DNA of 59,279 bases, the filler included, from Basidiobolus meristosporus CBS 931.73 (lineage: Eukaryota > Fungi > Basidiobolomycota): assembly GCA_002104905.1 (NCBI GenBank). It is 4 parts of 4 records of this genome, joined end to end, with 100 filler letters (N's around TTAATTAATTAA, not from the genome) between each part and the next. Parts side by side here need not be neighbours in the genome. Positions count along the whole stretch, not along the records: positions 32,309 to 44,247 come from MCFE01001263.1; positions 44,348 to 59,279 come from MCFE01001163.1; 2 more parts are not named here. One strand, 5' to 3'. Position 1 is the first letter of the stretch, and every line of letters starts with the position of its first letter. Positions 34,313 through 47,446 of the stretch are shown here, piece by piece. The position numbers and the translations under genes are program-made. The notes under the pieces are model-generated. The model searched no databases, was not told the origin of the DNA, and worked only from the letters and a program-made list of their open reading frames with translations.

Positions 34313-35488
34313 ATGAAGCTTCCATACGCCCTTCTCTCGCTCGCCATGGTCTCCCAGATTGCTGCTGTGCCTTACTATGGCTCGAGCGGGGGTGGCGGAT
34401 CTGACGGATACTGTGATGGACTGATTGTTCGATTGAACGCACTCGGAGCCAACATAAATGCAAAAGTGTGCACGGGCAAGTCAGCTCCCTCACGCTCCAG
34501 GTATGGACCAGTGGAGTCACTGGACTGTGATGGGTTGGTGGCGGCAGTCGAGGCTCTAGGGATCAAGGTGAAGGCCGGACTTTGTGCAAGCAGCGGAGGC
34601 GGAGGCCACACAGGGCGAGGTGGGTACAATGGTGGTGGCGGGAATGGAGGACATAACGGGGGTGGTGGTAGAAACGGCGGTAAAGAAGGTCACACCGGAG
34701 ATGATAGCTACGGAGGACGTAATGGTGGAGGAGGCAATGGAGGACACACCGGTGGCGGCGGCTACAATGGAGGTGGTGGTAAAGGGGGCGGCATGATAGA
34801 TGGTAGCTACGGAGGGCATACCGGTGGGGGAGGAAAAGGAGGACACAATGGTAGTGGAAGTTACAACGGAGGCTCAGGCAGCGATAGTAAAGAAAATGGC
34901 TACAATGGTGGTGGTGGCAACGGAGGTGGCGGTAACGGAGGTGGTGGCAACGGAGGTGGTGGCAATGGAGGCGGTGGAGGGAGATCAAGCACTTGCAATG
35001 GAATTGTAGCAAAACTCCAGGCTCTTGGCATAGAGATAGATACCAATATATGTTTAGGCGGTGGTGTCAGCGGAGGTAATGGAGGAAACCCTCACCCTCC
35101 ACTCAAAGGCGGAAACACTTGTCCAGGATTGGTTGCCGACTTGAAACTGCTTGGAATCCCTGTGAAAGCTGAGATCTGTCTTGGTCGTGGCGGAGGTAGT
35201 CACAACGGCGGTGGAAATGGAGGAAACAATGGCAATGGGTCCCGCCCAACATGCCAGGACATCAGTGCCAAAGTCCGACTTCTCGGAATCAAGGTGGATG
35301 CCAACATCTGTCTCAGAGGCCCAAATGCTGGCCCTAGGGCTCCTGTGTTGTCGAATGCCCCAGGATGTCCCACACTGGTTGCGAATGCCAAGCTACTAGG
35401 TATTGCTGATGTGAGTGTAGAGCTTTGCTTGAAAGCTCGAGTAAACCTGGGAGTTGGTGGACGTAGCATTGCCCGGAGAGGACTATAA
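34313..35488 (+). CDS. Secreted Gly-rich protein with six C-x18/19-C hydrophobic modules, copy 2 (391 aa, intronless)
   Basis: Signal peptide MKLPYALLSLAMVSQIAA. Modules such as CPGLVADLKLLGIPVKAEIC are separated by GGN/GGH/GGY linkers. TATATA at ~34178. Confidence 0.88.
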   Translation: MKLPYALLSLAMVSQIAAVPYYGSSGGGGSDGYCDGLIVRLNALGANINAKVCTGKSAPSRSRYGPVESLDCDGLVAAVEALGIKVKAGLCASSGGGGHTGRGGYNGGGGNGGHNGGGGRNGGKEGHTGDDSYGGRNGGGGNGGHTGGGGYNGGGGKGGGMIDGSYGGHTGGGGKGGHNGSGSYNGGSGSDSKENGYNGGGGNGGGGNGGGGNGGGGNGGGGGRSSTCNGIVAKLQALGIEIDTNICLGGGVSGGNGGNPHPPLKGGNTCPGLVADLKLLGIPVKAEICLGRGGGSHNGGGNGGNNGNGSRPTCQDISAKVRLLGIKVDANICLRGPNAGPRAPVLSNAPGCPTLVANAKLLGIADVSVELCLKARVNLGVGGRSIARRGL

Positions 35489-35687
35489 TAATGTTACACC
35501 CATCACAATATTCGTGTGATGTGGTACCCTATGAGAAGCAAATTAATAAAGTGAACATAACTTAAGATATCTAAAATCAAAACTTTAATCATGCAATATC
35601 GGCATTATACTAGCTGAGATGACTAATTGTATAGCATATGTCCAAGAGAACCAAATATGAGCACCTGTAAACACACACGTGGGTAAC

Positions 35688-37361
35688 TTAAACTTGACCA
35701 CGTGCAACCTGAACCAAAAGAAATACATTCAATAATACAATAATTATAGCCACGATCCAGGTGACTATTTTCATCGGAGTAGATATGGTGAAATCTACAT
35801 TCAATTTGACAGGCGCCTCATTCTCGAGAGATACCTCATCGTCGCTGTCATTTTTGATTTCTTCGCAACTCACTGACTCCATTCTTATATCGGTCTGCTG
35901 AGGTGGCAACTGCATGACCGTTTTACTGCTGGTGAACAACACCAACGGTATCACTGCGAACGGTAATTGCAGACTCAGGATTACCTGGGAGGCAATCAGT
36001 ACTTCGTTCAGCCCTTTGGATCCAGCTACTATAGCTACAACCATTGCTGGAACGATCGCAAATGCTCTAGTAATTAGTCTTCTCAACCATGGACGCATGG
36101 TAAGACCGAGAAAACCCTCCATGACAATCTGGCCGGCCATGGTGGCTGTAATGGTGGAGCTCTGGCCAGCTAATAACAATGCTAAGGCGAAACTGGTTCC
36201 AGCTATAGGCCCCAAATAATCGGACAGAAGCTTGTGTGCATCAAACAGATCAGCCACTTCAACTTGGGTCGAGTTATTCTCGCGGTAATGAAAAGCAGCT
36301 GCAGCCACAATTAGAATTGCTGAGTTGACAAAGAGTGCAAATGTTAGGGCGAAGACACAATCGATCACGGAAAAGCTCAACGCGCTCTTGACCGACAAAA
36401 CGAGGTCTTCTTGGGTTCTCTCGTTTTTCTTGTCGGAATTTGGTGATCTAAGCTTCACGATATGGGAGTGCAGGTACAGGTTGTGCGGCATCACGGTCGC
36501 TCCAACAATTCCGATCGCGACATAAAGTACCTCGGAATTGGTGAATAGCGGAGCAGATGGGAGATAGCCCACCATTACCTGTCCAAAGTCTGGCTTGACA
36601 TAAACCAGCTGGATAACAAAGCAGGCACCAACACCGCCGACCAACAAGATGATGAAGCATTCGAAGAAACGATTCGCCATCGCAGAATCATTACGGTTGG
36701 CGAGAAGGATGAGGAAGACATCCAGAGTGGTGATGAGGACACCGTAAGGCAATGGGATCTTGAATAGGATCTCGAGCGCGATAGCCGATCCGATTACCTC
36801 GGCCAGATCACACGCCACAATGGCAATTTCACACAGCACGTACAGCGCGAGATTTACCGGTCTCGAATAGCACTTCCGGCACATTTGTGCAAGATCTGGA
36901 GGGGAGCCGATTCAGAAAAAATGACCCTTTGGCCGAAAGCAAAGTGAGAATGATATCTTACCGCACCCGGTGACTACGCCTAACCGAATGCACAGCGACT
37001 GTAACAGTACGGCCATAACATTGGACAGAAGAATGACGAATAACAGAGTGTAGCCGAATTGAGAACCACCTATAAGTTGGAGCAATTTAGGCCGAATACC
37101 TTTGAAGTTGAGGGTGTTTACATTGAATAAGAGCAACTTACCAGAGAGATCGGTAGCCCAATTACCGGGATCCATATATCCAACCGCCACCACTAATTGC
37201 CTAAAGTTAGTCGAAGGATAAAGAGGGGAGACAGAGGAGAGCTTCATACTATATCCGGGGCCTATAAACGAGAACAACTTCTTCAAGAAAATCTTGGCTT
37301 TTTGAAGATACCCGACGCACTTGGGCTGTTGTGAGCACGGTAATAAATCACTCTTATTCAT
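35688..37361 (-). CDS. NRAMP/SMF-family divalent metal transporter (3 introns near the 5' end)
   Basis: [79 protein letters not shown]. Confidence 0.96.
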
Positions 37362-37800
37362 GACGATAGAACGGAAAGTAGGATAAGCGTGGCAGAGGGG
37401 ATAATGGGTGTGCTGGGAGCTGTGATGACTAGATGAAATAAGGAATTATATACCACGCAATGTCTCAGTTGAACTGAGATGATCGTCCCCAAAACGGCCG
37501 TCTGTTCGACCAATAATTCCAGGAAAAGGAGGACCGAGCTATTAATTTAGATGAATTCATCCGGTTTAAGTAGACGCCCTTAGTTACCCCATTCAACCTA
37601 AATTTAAGTTGTCTTCCACTGCACACCCATGAGATTGGCAGTCACTAAACACGAACTAGGCAATCAAGACCGAAAGCCATGCTAAACCCAGAGATAGCCA
37701 TGAGAGTAAATGTAACATGGATGTTGGATTTCAGTGGAGCAACAGCTAGTTAGTGACTCAGTTTGTTTCATCCCCTAGATTATCGGTTAATCTTGTTCAG

Positions 37801-37816
37801 CCCTAACCCTAACCCT
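37801..37816. repeat. Interstitial telomeric repeat / telo-box in the NRAMP-GalE divergent intergenic region
   Basis: CCCTAACCCTAACCCT. Confidence 0.7.
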
Positions 37817-38506
37817 TAAGGTGTTCGGAAGCAATAGGGATAATCCGGAAAGCCAACCATTGTCATATGCCAATTACCATTTGACAAATGCAAATATTGA
37901 AAGAAAACAAGCTACTAGACGAGGGCCTACAATGCCAGGTCAATCAAAATGGTTTGCAGGAGGCTACATGGTTCGCTCTCTTGACATCAATATTTGGTAT
38001 GCACCTAGCTGTGTATACTGCGCTTTGTGGTTTAGACAGGTTGTTGCGTGAATAAATCAAACAGTGCACACAGCAGTGTATTTAGTACTCAGCATTGACT
38101 CTCCAAGAAATTCATTTATTGGCAATTTCTTTATTTCATCTACATTGGCGGTCTCTTATTGGCGATCGGCCTAGAATGGGCTCTCATTCAGATATACGGG
38201 TACTCGGAGTATCTGCGTACACAATAGTCGTACTGATACTGGAATCGGTGGAGATATTGTAGTCGAGTTTCTATATGTAGAGTGTGCAACATTATGCAGT
38301 TGTTCTGTAGCCAGTCATCTTGAAGTCAACCTTGGAATTCTTTGCCTAACCCTATATACCAATACGTGCCTAGTATCGATCTCGTATATAAGTTGGATGG
38401 GCTATGGACAGGTTGGACTTCGACCTAAATATTTCCTTTAGAGACGCTAGTAACTTTCCTAAATAGAGAAGGCTGTCGACCTCGTATTTCTAGCTACTAC
38501 CTTTAG

Positions 38507-39809
<1,303 letters not shown>

Positions 39810-40743
39810 ATCCAATCATATAGCATACAGATAGTTTTCTTTAATTCTTTCTTCAATCACCAGCATTGAGCCGACAATTTTCCGGGGGTATTGTGTGTTG
39901 TGTGTTGTGTATGTACTATTTATAATATCTAGACCTTGCTTCAATCAAGCATTAGATGGTTGATGCGTTTGGTTCACACCATCGAGTTAAGATGATTGCC
40001 TTTTTAATCCTACTTCTCTTATTTACTTTAATCCCACTTGTTCGAATCTTCGTTTAATAAACCCAAGTGTTTGCAATGAATCTCCCATTCGCCCAACCAA
40101 TCAAGCCTTGGGGCTTGATTTGTCATGGCCAGCGCAGTTAAATAAACTTCGATTAATAATACGGCCCTGATTTGGTGCAGGTTGGGAGCCATGTGGATTG
40201 ATTGGCCCAATATCCTGCTATTATCAGGTGAAGCTGCCATGGTCAATTGTCCATTCCCATGCTGCTCCCTCTCCACCTATATGTTTAGAAGATGCTTTGA
40301 TAGCGGGTCTAGAAATGGACTGATATCGAGAACCAAATGCCATTGTTCCAGGAAAAGAAGTGCAATGACCCAAAATAGGGAATTTCAGTGGTTGGTCTTT
40401 CCAGGGCGGCTCATCGCAAATGGTTAACCAGATCCTATCATCGATTCCCATTTTTGGCGAATCGACCGCACGAAAAAGGCGAGTCGAGCTAGACCGGTCA
40501 GTAGGCCTAGAATGGACCTCTTCTAGTTGGGTGAATTTGGAAATATCCACCCATCCTAATGATATGGAGTAGAGCGGGATTGTATAGAGTTGGGCGAATC
40601 ATCCATCGTTCCGCTGAGTGGATGCGGGACTGCTCGTTCCCAAATGTCGTATCCACCAGGTATAAATAACACCAGATGGCTTACATACACGTACATCCCA
40701 TTCATTCACATCCCTTTATTGATAGTTCATTAATCCACACCAG

Positions 40744-42312
40744 ATGAACTCAGGTCCTCTAGATATACCCAAGCCGCAGGGAGGTGCCTCTCTTGTGGTT
40801 GCCTGGAGATGCCAAAAGCGCCAGATTCTGGTGGTCGGCAACAATGCAATTGCAGCAAGCCGGGTGTATTCCGCTTTGGATGCTGACGCCGAGGTTACCC
40901 TTATTTCCCCCAAAGTCGGAATGTGCCACGAGTTACTGGTGCGCATTGAGCGCTCCGAGATAGCCTGGTGCGATAGAGAATTCCAGGAATCCGACCTAGC
41001 AGGCAAAGAGATGGTTTTGGTCACGTTGGAAGATCGTGATCGTTGTGAGGAGATCGCTAGTTTGGCCAAAAAGAATCGAATCCCAATCAACGTGGCCGAT
41101 ATGAACGACCTTTGCGATTTCTGGTTCATGTCGACCTATCGCGATCAATCTCTGCAGTTAGCCGTCTCGACAAACGCTCAAGCACCAAAGCTTGCTAATC
41201 GTTTGAGAAGACACTTGGTGAGCTCATTGCCAGACGGTGTAGGGGACGCTGTTCAAAGGGTTGGCCTGTTACGTAAAAAGATTGCCAAGTCCGATCCCTC
41301 CATCTTATCGAGATCGAGACGTATGCGTTGGTTGGCGCAGCTTTGCGAATACTGGCCATTGGAGCGTTTGTCACAATTGTCCGAGCAAGAGATCGAAGAA
41401 CTACTTGAAAGCTACAAAGCCGATGAGGGCTACAAGAGCGGAAGCAATGATGATGCTGACTGCTTAGAGGAGAGCGATGATGTGCTTCGCCACCACTCTA
41501 TTCCAGCCAGCAAAGTTGTCAAAAAGGGCCGTATCAGACTGGTTGGCTCCGGACCAGGAAATCCCGAACTTTTAACGCGTGCCGCATACGATGCTATTAC
41601 CACGGCCGATGTGGTTCTAGCTGACAAAATCGTCTCGGAAGATATCATCCGGCTGATTCCCAGTGAGGTGAAGATCGCACGTAAATTCCCGGGAAATGCT
41701 GATAAGGCCCAGGAGGAGATGAACATGAACGCGGTGGAGCTTCTCAAACAGGGGAAGAACGTTGTCCGTCTTAAGTGCGGAGATCCTTTCCTTTTCGGAC
41801 GCGGTGGCGAGGAGGTGCTGTTCTTCCGAAAATACGGATTCGAGGCCGAGGTTATACCTGGTATCTCCAGTTGCATGGCTGCTCCGCTCTTTGGCGGGAT
41901 TCCAGTGACCCATCGTGGAACTGCCAACCAATTCATGGTAGCTACCGGAACCGGGAAAAACTGCACTCTTCCTGACATCCCACCTTACTCGTCCAACCGA
42001 ACCACCGTCTTCTTGATGGCTATCCACCGTTTACCAATGATTGTCCAAGATCTCATCAAGCATGGGTATCCCGCAGACTGCCCTGTGGCGATCATTGAGA
42101 GAGCCAGTTGCCCGGATCAGAGAGTGCTTCGAGGCACCATCAGTACCATCTGCGAAATTATAGAGCGCGTAGGCACTACACCACCAGGTACTCTAGTGGT
42201 TGGCCAAGCCGTCAATGCCCTGGCCAAAAATCCTGATGAAATTATTACTCAGCAGAACCCTACCTATCCCCTTCTTGGGCTTCACGAGCCAGAGTCGGTT
42301 GGATGCAACTAG
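40744..42312 (+). CDS. MET1: Siroheme synthase (N-terminal dehydrogenase/ferrochelatase fused to uroporphyrinogen-III C-methyltransferase), 522 aa
   Basis: LVVGNNAIA, INVAD..DLCDF, AVSTN; GSGPGNPELLT, RLKCGDPFLFGRGGEE, PGISS. Confidence 0.93.
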   Translation: MNSGPLDIPKPQGGASLVVAWRCQKRQILVVGNNAIAASRVYSALDADAEVTLISPKVGMCHELLVRIERSEIAWCDREFQESDLAGKEMVLVTLEDRDRCEEIASLAKKNRIPINVADMNDLCDFWFMSTYRDQSLQLAVSTNAQAPKLANRLRRHLVSSLPDGVGDAVQRVGLLRKKIAKSDPSILSRSRRMRWLAQLCEYWPLERLSQLSEQEIEELLESYKADEGYKSGSNDDADCLEESDDVLRHHSIPASKVVKKGRIRLVGSGPGNPELLTRAAYDAITTADVVLADKIVSEDIIRLIPSEVKIARKFPGNADKAQEEMNMNAVELLKQGKNVVRLKCGDPFLFGRGGEEVLFFRKYGFEAEVIPGISSCMAAPLFGGIPVTHRGTANQFMVATGTGKNCTLPDIPPYSSNRTTVFLMAIHRLPMIVQDLIKHGYPADCPVAIIERASCPDQRVLRGTISTICEIIERVGTTPPGTLVVGQAVNALAKNPDEIITQQNPTYPLLGLHEPESVGCN

Positions 42313-42534
42313 ACCTACCCAAACCAAATAGACCTCCATTGTACATATAGAGCTATGATTGTAAAGTAAAATAAATCCAAATTTAATCGTGGTTTATGCC
42401 AAGTAATTAATGCAACGAGGGTGTTTGTATGATGGCCCGATTCACGTGATCAGGTGGGTTCTCGTATATTCGATCATGACATACCAAGGCAGCTTGAAAT
42501 AACACTCTACACTAATTTGACCAGCATAACGCTA

Positions 42535-43967
42535 ATGGCTCAAAGTGCGAACTCAAAAGGGACCGATAAGGTCATCCTCAAGCTTCAAAAATCGGTGGAA
42601 GAGGGCAATTACTATGAAGCCCATCAGATGTATCGCACAGTGTGCAACCGGTATGTCCATTGTTCAGCTTGATCGCCTTACTGACGTACGATCTATCGGT
42701 CGAGACGAAGGCATTTTTGCCCCTTCAATCTGGCACTAAAATTTTGCAGTTATGTAAAGCAGTCGAAATTTGACAAGGCCATCGAACTTCTCACCTCTGG
42801 CGCCTCCACACTGCTCAAGCATGGCCAGAGTGGTAGTGGCACCGACCTTATCCTGTACCTACTGGAGGTGTACAAGTTGAACCAGGTCCAAGTGTCTGAC
42901 GAAACTAAAGGTAGCCTAGTGACGTCCTGACCGATTTAGTCCTCGTTCGCCACTGACTTCTTGGAAATACTCTAGCACGTCTCATCGAGCTACTACAGCA
43001 GGTTCCCTCATCTGAGCCCGGTAGAAAATCCTTATACTCGGCCGCCATAAAGTAACCACTCTCGCACAATTCCTTTGCTGCTGTTCCACCGCCGCCTCAA
43101 CTAACTTCGAATGCATTTCAGCTGGTCAGCTAAATTCGGAGACAACCCTAACGGTTCACCAGGCCTTTATCATGCCATTGGTGCCATATTAGCTAAAGGT
43201 GAGATATGGTGGGATTTTTCGAACGAGTGAGGCAGTATTGATGATGATCCATTTCTATCAGAGGGAAGTTTACAGCAAGCAGAAAGTTATCTACTCCACG
43301 GCACCGAAGAGAGCGCCAAGCTTCTGGCCGAAATCCTCGTTCAATGGAATGAGCAGGAAGAATTCAAGAGCAGCGGTAGCTCTGTGGTCAGGGAGTGGTT
43401 CAGTAAGTACATCACCAAGTTGGAAGCTGTTCGCCTAAAATCCCACTCCCCACTTACGAAGTTTGTTCCTAGGTACTTGTATTTGCAAAATTTCCGCGAC
43501 GCCAAGATTTACCTCGAGGAGTTTACCCGAAAGCTCTTGGAGAAGCGTCCGGATCTCAAAGGAGAAACGGTTCCTTTCCTCCCCCGGCCGGACAGCCAAC
43601 CTATCGATGTTCTCACTTACAAACTTCCGTTGATCAACTTCGCCCAGTTCCTACTCCTGGCCGCACAACGGGAGTCCACCGAGGTTTTCTTCGCTTTGAG
43701 AAACCAGTACGGAGGTGAACTAAGCAGGGTCGATAAGGGCTATGACCAGGTAAGCGTTCACTGCAAACTGACCCCCCCCCCTATTGATGCCGAATCACTT
43801 ATCACCCTCTCGGCAGATCTTGGAGAAAGCTGGGAGAGATGTATTTCGGAATCCAGCAGAGAAGACCAAACAACATCCTCCAGGACCTTATGAGTAGCCT
43901 GTTCGCCGCACCCACCAACACCCCCACTATCGGCCATTCCTCTGGACCGCAGGCCGATTTGGACTGA
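42535..43967 (+). CDS. GET4: Golgi-to-ER traffic protein 4 (multi-exon; one apparent extra A in the last exon)
   Basis: KLQKSVEEGNYYEAHQMYRTV; LINFAQFLLLAAQR; C-terminus LGEMYFGI..NILQDLMSSLF..QADLD. Confidence 0.9.
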
Positions 43968-44247
43968 TCGGAGGAGGTCGGCATCACTTTTAATACAATC
44001 CTCCACCCGAATAAAGTCGATCCAGTCCGATCCAATATACCAAGTGTCCTTTATATTGAAAAGATGTTGAGTAGGTGATGGGAGGGTGGGTGGTAGATGT
44101 TGACCAAAAATCCAAAAAATCACTAAATGGAGGTGTGCCACCAGCAATAAGCAACTGTTGCCCAATCCAAGATTCTAGGTGGGATGTTGATGGATAGTCC
44201 TGCTGATATCAAGAGTCATTTATCAATGAATGGGGAGTGGCAGAGGG

Positions 44248-44347
44248 NNNNNNNNNNNNNNNNNNNNNNNNNNNNNNNNNNNNNNNNNNNNTTAATTAAT
44301 TAANNNNNNNNNNNNNNNNNNNNNNNNNNNNNNNNNNNNNNNNNNNN
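44248..44347. other. Assembly gap with artificial linker
   Basis: N run plus TTAATTAATTAA. Confidence 0.97.
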
Positions 44348-44436
44348 GGGACGCGGTCGGTGGGGACGAGGCCGCTGGGGACGTGGGAGATGGGCCGTGG
44401 CAGATGGGGACGGGTAGATGGGGAAGAAGATGGTAA
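44348..44436 (+). CDS. 3' end of an Arg/Trp/Gly-repeat precursor (member 0), remainder in gap
   Basis: GGA CGC GGT CGG TGG GGA CGA GGC CGC TGG...TGG GGA AGA AGA TGG TAA. Two missing Gs in G-runs at the contig edge. Confidence 0.7.
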
Positions 44437-44999
44437 ATCCTAGGTGGCTCCCACCACATCCTCAATACCGAAGCAACAGCAAGACTTCTAGTTCATGTAT
44501 TGATATTATTAGGCAGTGCTCATTGCAGCCAATTATCATGCAATAAATCAAATTTAGGCGTGACTGTTCCTCTCGATGATTCGTAACGATCATTTCAGGA
44601 ATTATGACCTGTCAATGCTTTCTGTATCGCAGAATGGGTTAGCAATAATCTCCAGTGTATAAACATGTCAATTCGCTTCATTCATTTGGTAAGGTGATAC
44701 AGTATCATAATAGTGTTTGTTATCTATGTTGGTAATCGCGTGTCTGACATCTATTCCATGGAATATTAGATCATTTTAAAAAATATCGACCTGTGTTGGT
44801 GGCCTTTTAAGTCGCGAATGATTTTGTGGTTTCTGAATTTGATGTGGCTTACGAGGTTAGATTTGAAAGAACGATATAATAAGGTGATGCTAGCATTTAG
44901 TTCTCAATGAGCTTATTTTGGTGCTAGAATTTGCTCATGAAAGCACCACATCTGTTCTCCCAAGAAGCAGATCTGAATTTTTTCAAGAGAAACGGAAAT

Positions 45000-45551
45000 A
45001 TGCAAACCTTCAATTCTCTGCCCCCTATTGATGGCAACTCTGGCTTATGGAGACCACTTGAAATTTATCAAGCCTTCCGCTAGTAATAATGCGGCCATTG
45101 CCTCCGTGTCCAACCACGGATTCAACCCATTCCACAACACTGGCCATGGCGTCCTCATTCCTAACTACCTGATCAATAGGGAGATTGAACTCGCACCAGA
45201 AGAAGTCCGCCTGCGTCGCTTGAATATTGGTGCATTGATTGATCGCTTACTCTCACTGGGTTCCCAAATGAGTCCGAGCTCAAGGGTGCAAGATTCATTA
45301 GCTTCGAGCCAACCGGTATATTTGCCACAGGCGAGACTGGCATGAAATATGGCACTACCAGTGATGAGGCAGTTGAAGATAACCCCGATATTACCGCTGA
45401 TGATGAGGATGAGGATGAAGATGCCACTGACCCAGAGGAGGCCGAGCTATGGGGCAGGTTTGGTGGCTGTGGACGTTGGAGACGAGGAAGATGGGGCCGT
45501 GGCAGGTGGGGTCGCGGCCGCTGGGGACGTCGTAGATGGGGAAGATGGTAG
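45000..45551 (+). pseudogene. Arg/Trp/Gly-repeat precursor member 1 (disrupted)
   Basis: Homologous throughout to members 2, 3 and 5. An extra C in the signal region and a 10-nt deletion (AAGACCTTGG) at ~45259 break the frame. Tail reads EEAELWGRFGGCGRWRRGRW...WGRW. Confidence 0.75.
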
Positions 45552-46245
45552 ACTGCAGTGTGCCTCATTCTTTGCTCTAGTGGTGGATAAGGCCTAGAAT
45601 GATATGTGAAATGTAACGTTGGTAACAACTACTTTCATAAAGCCTACGACTATAAAGAAAACAATAAAATTCTCTATTCCACAATATCTTGGTTACATTA
45701 TACAGCTTTTGATGAGGTCTTAAATATCTAAACAGATTCCACTTTATATTCAATCCAAAGAACATGTTGATTACTGTATATAAATATAACGGTCACGCAA
45801 TAGCAACAGTAATTAATGAGGATGAACAGCTTGAAATCGAGAGATCAACTGTGGTAATACAGTATGTGAAATTCTCGTGTCATCATCTGCATTCGCAATA
45901 CAAAAATAAACGGGTTGCTAACGAGGGCGAGAGTAAAACGATTGAAGGACTTGGTAGTATCTAATTAAAATTGGATGGCAGATAACGGTGGTGTGAAGTA
46001 TTCAAATAACTAACGATGGATCGAACTCTATTCCAAATGAGAATACTCGCTATGTTTCCTATTTGCTGCACCATACATCGCGAAGTATAGAGCTGTAAAT
46101 GGGCGAAGAGCAAAATAGAGATATATTAAAGTGAACGAAATGAACTCGAGTCTAAATAAGTAACTAGATGGCGATAAAAAACATTAAATCCGCATCCGAA
46201 AAATCGTTATTCGACAACAACGCCTAATTACCCAATCGCAAAATA

Positions 46246-46815
46246 ATGATGTTTCTCAAGTCTTCCGTTTTCTCCTCGTTCCTAATGGTCACTTTAGCTT
46301 ACGGGGACCGTTCAATATTCTTCAAGCCAGCGACCAGCAACAATGCGGCCATTGCCTCCGTGTCCAACCACGAATTCAACCCATTCCACAACACTGGCCA
46401 TGGCATCCTCATTCCAAACTACCTGATAAATCGAGAGGTTGAGCTCGCACCAGAAGAAATCCGTCGACGCCACCTGAATATTGGTGCATTGATTGATCGC
46501 TTACTTTCGCTGAAGACCTTGGGGTTCGCAAACGAGTTTGAGTTCAAGGGTGCGAGATTCATTGACTTGGAGCCAGCCCATGAGTTTTTCACCAAGAACA
46601 CCGACATGAAGTATGGCACTACAAGTGATGAAGCAGTGAACGACAACTCTGACATGACTTCTGACAATGTGGATGAAGATGACGAGGACACCAACCCAGA
46701 GGAAGCTGAGCTATGGGGAAGATTTGGTGGTCGTAGACGTTGGGGACGTGGCAGATGGGGTCGCGGAAGGTGGGGACGCGGTCGCTGGGGACGTGGTAGA
46801 TGGGGAAGATGGTAG
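46246..46815 (+). CDS. Secreted cationic-peptide precursor member 2 (189 aa; tail WGRFGGRRR(WGRGR)4WGRW)
   Basis: Intact intronless ORF with signal peptide ending LAYG, conserved pro-domain, acidic spacer and 33-aa tail containing 13 Arg and 7 Trp. Confidence 0.9.
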   Translation: MMFLKSSVFSSFLMVTLAYGDRSIFFKPATSNNAAIASVSNHEFNPFHNTGHGILIPNYLINREVELAPEEIRRRHLNIGALIDRLLSLKTLGFANEFEFKGARFIDLEPAHEFFTKNTDMKYGTTSDEAVNDNSDMTSDNVDEDDEDTNPEEAELWGRFGGRRRWGRGRWGRGRWGRGRWGRGRWGRW

Positions 46816-47446
46816 ACTGCAATGTGCTTCGTTCTTTGCCCCAATGGTGGAAACAATTTCTTGGATGGCAGCTAAAGAACGCCTGTGTTATATTTTCAAG
46901 CAAAGATTGATCCAGTTGTACTAAATAAAGACTACTCATCAACGCAACAGTACAATCATTGTTATTTGAAGATTTCAATAAATGTTCTTGATATAAAAGA
47001 CACCCCAATGGTAACTCGATATACAATATTCAACATAAGACCTTTCTCCTTATGAGTACCTTAAATGCTATAGTAATATATATGTGACTACAAAGCCTAT
47101 CCGTGAAACTACAAAAAATTTACTCTCCCGGTTGTACTCCAAGATTTACCAGCAGCTCAACGTTTGCTTGCGACATTTAAATGACTGAGATATCAATGCA
47201 CTTACCTGATTACTCGTTTGTCTACTCAATCTTGGTATTCAATCTATTTCTTACTTCCTGTGCTTACTTTCCCTACGCCTTGAATACGATGAGTATAATA
47301 AGGCATATATGAGTTGAGAGAGCTGACTGATAACGAGTCTAACTAATCAAATCAGTCAGAATAAAAGCACACCAAAGAGTCTCTAAAAATTCAAATTTGA
47401 GCTCTCGAAAGCAAGTGCAAGTACCTCAACTGACAAGTTACCAAGA

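Noticed and set aside
40028-40550. Minus-strand ORFs between galE and MET1 that might form a small spliced gene
   Set aside because: Could not build a convincing exon chain or recognise a domain; needs RNA-seq.
40744-42312. Tetrapyrrole-methylase-fold enzyme next to peptide precursors, i.e. a possible split-borosin RiPP cluster
   Set aside because: The protein has complete canonical siroheme synthase motifs and an N-terminal Met8/CysG-B domain, lacks the borosin YGHP-type motif, and is separated from the array by GET4.
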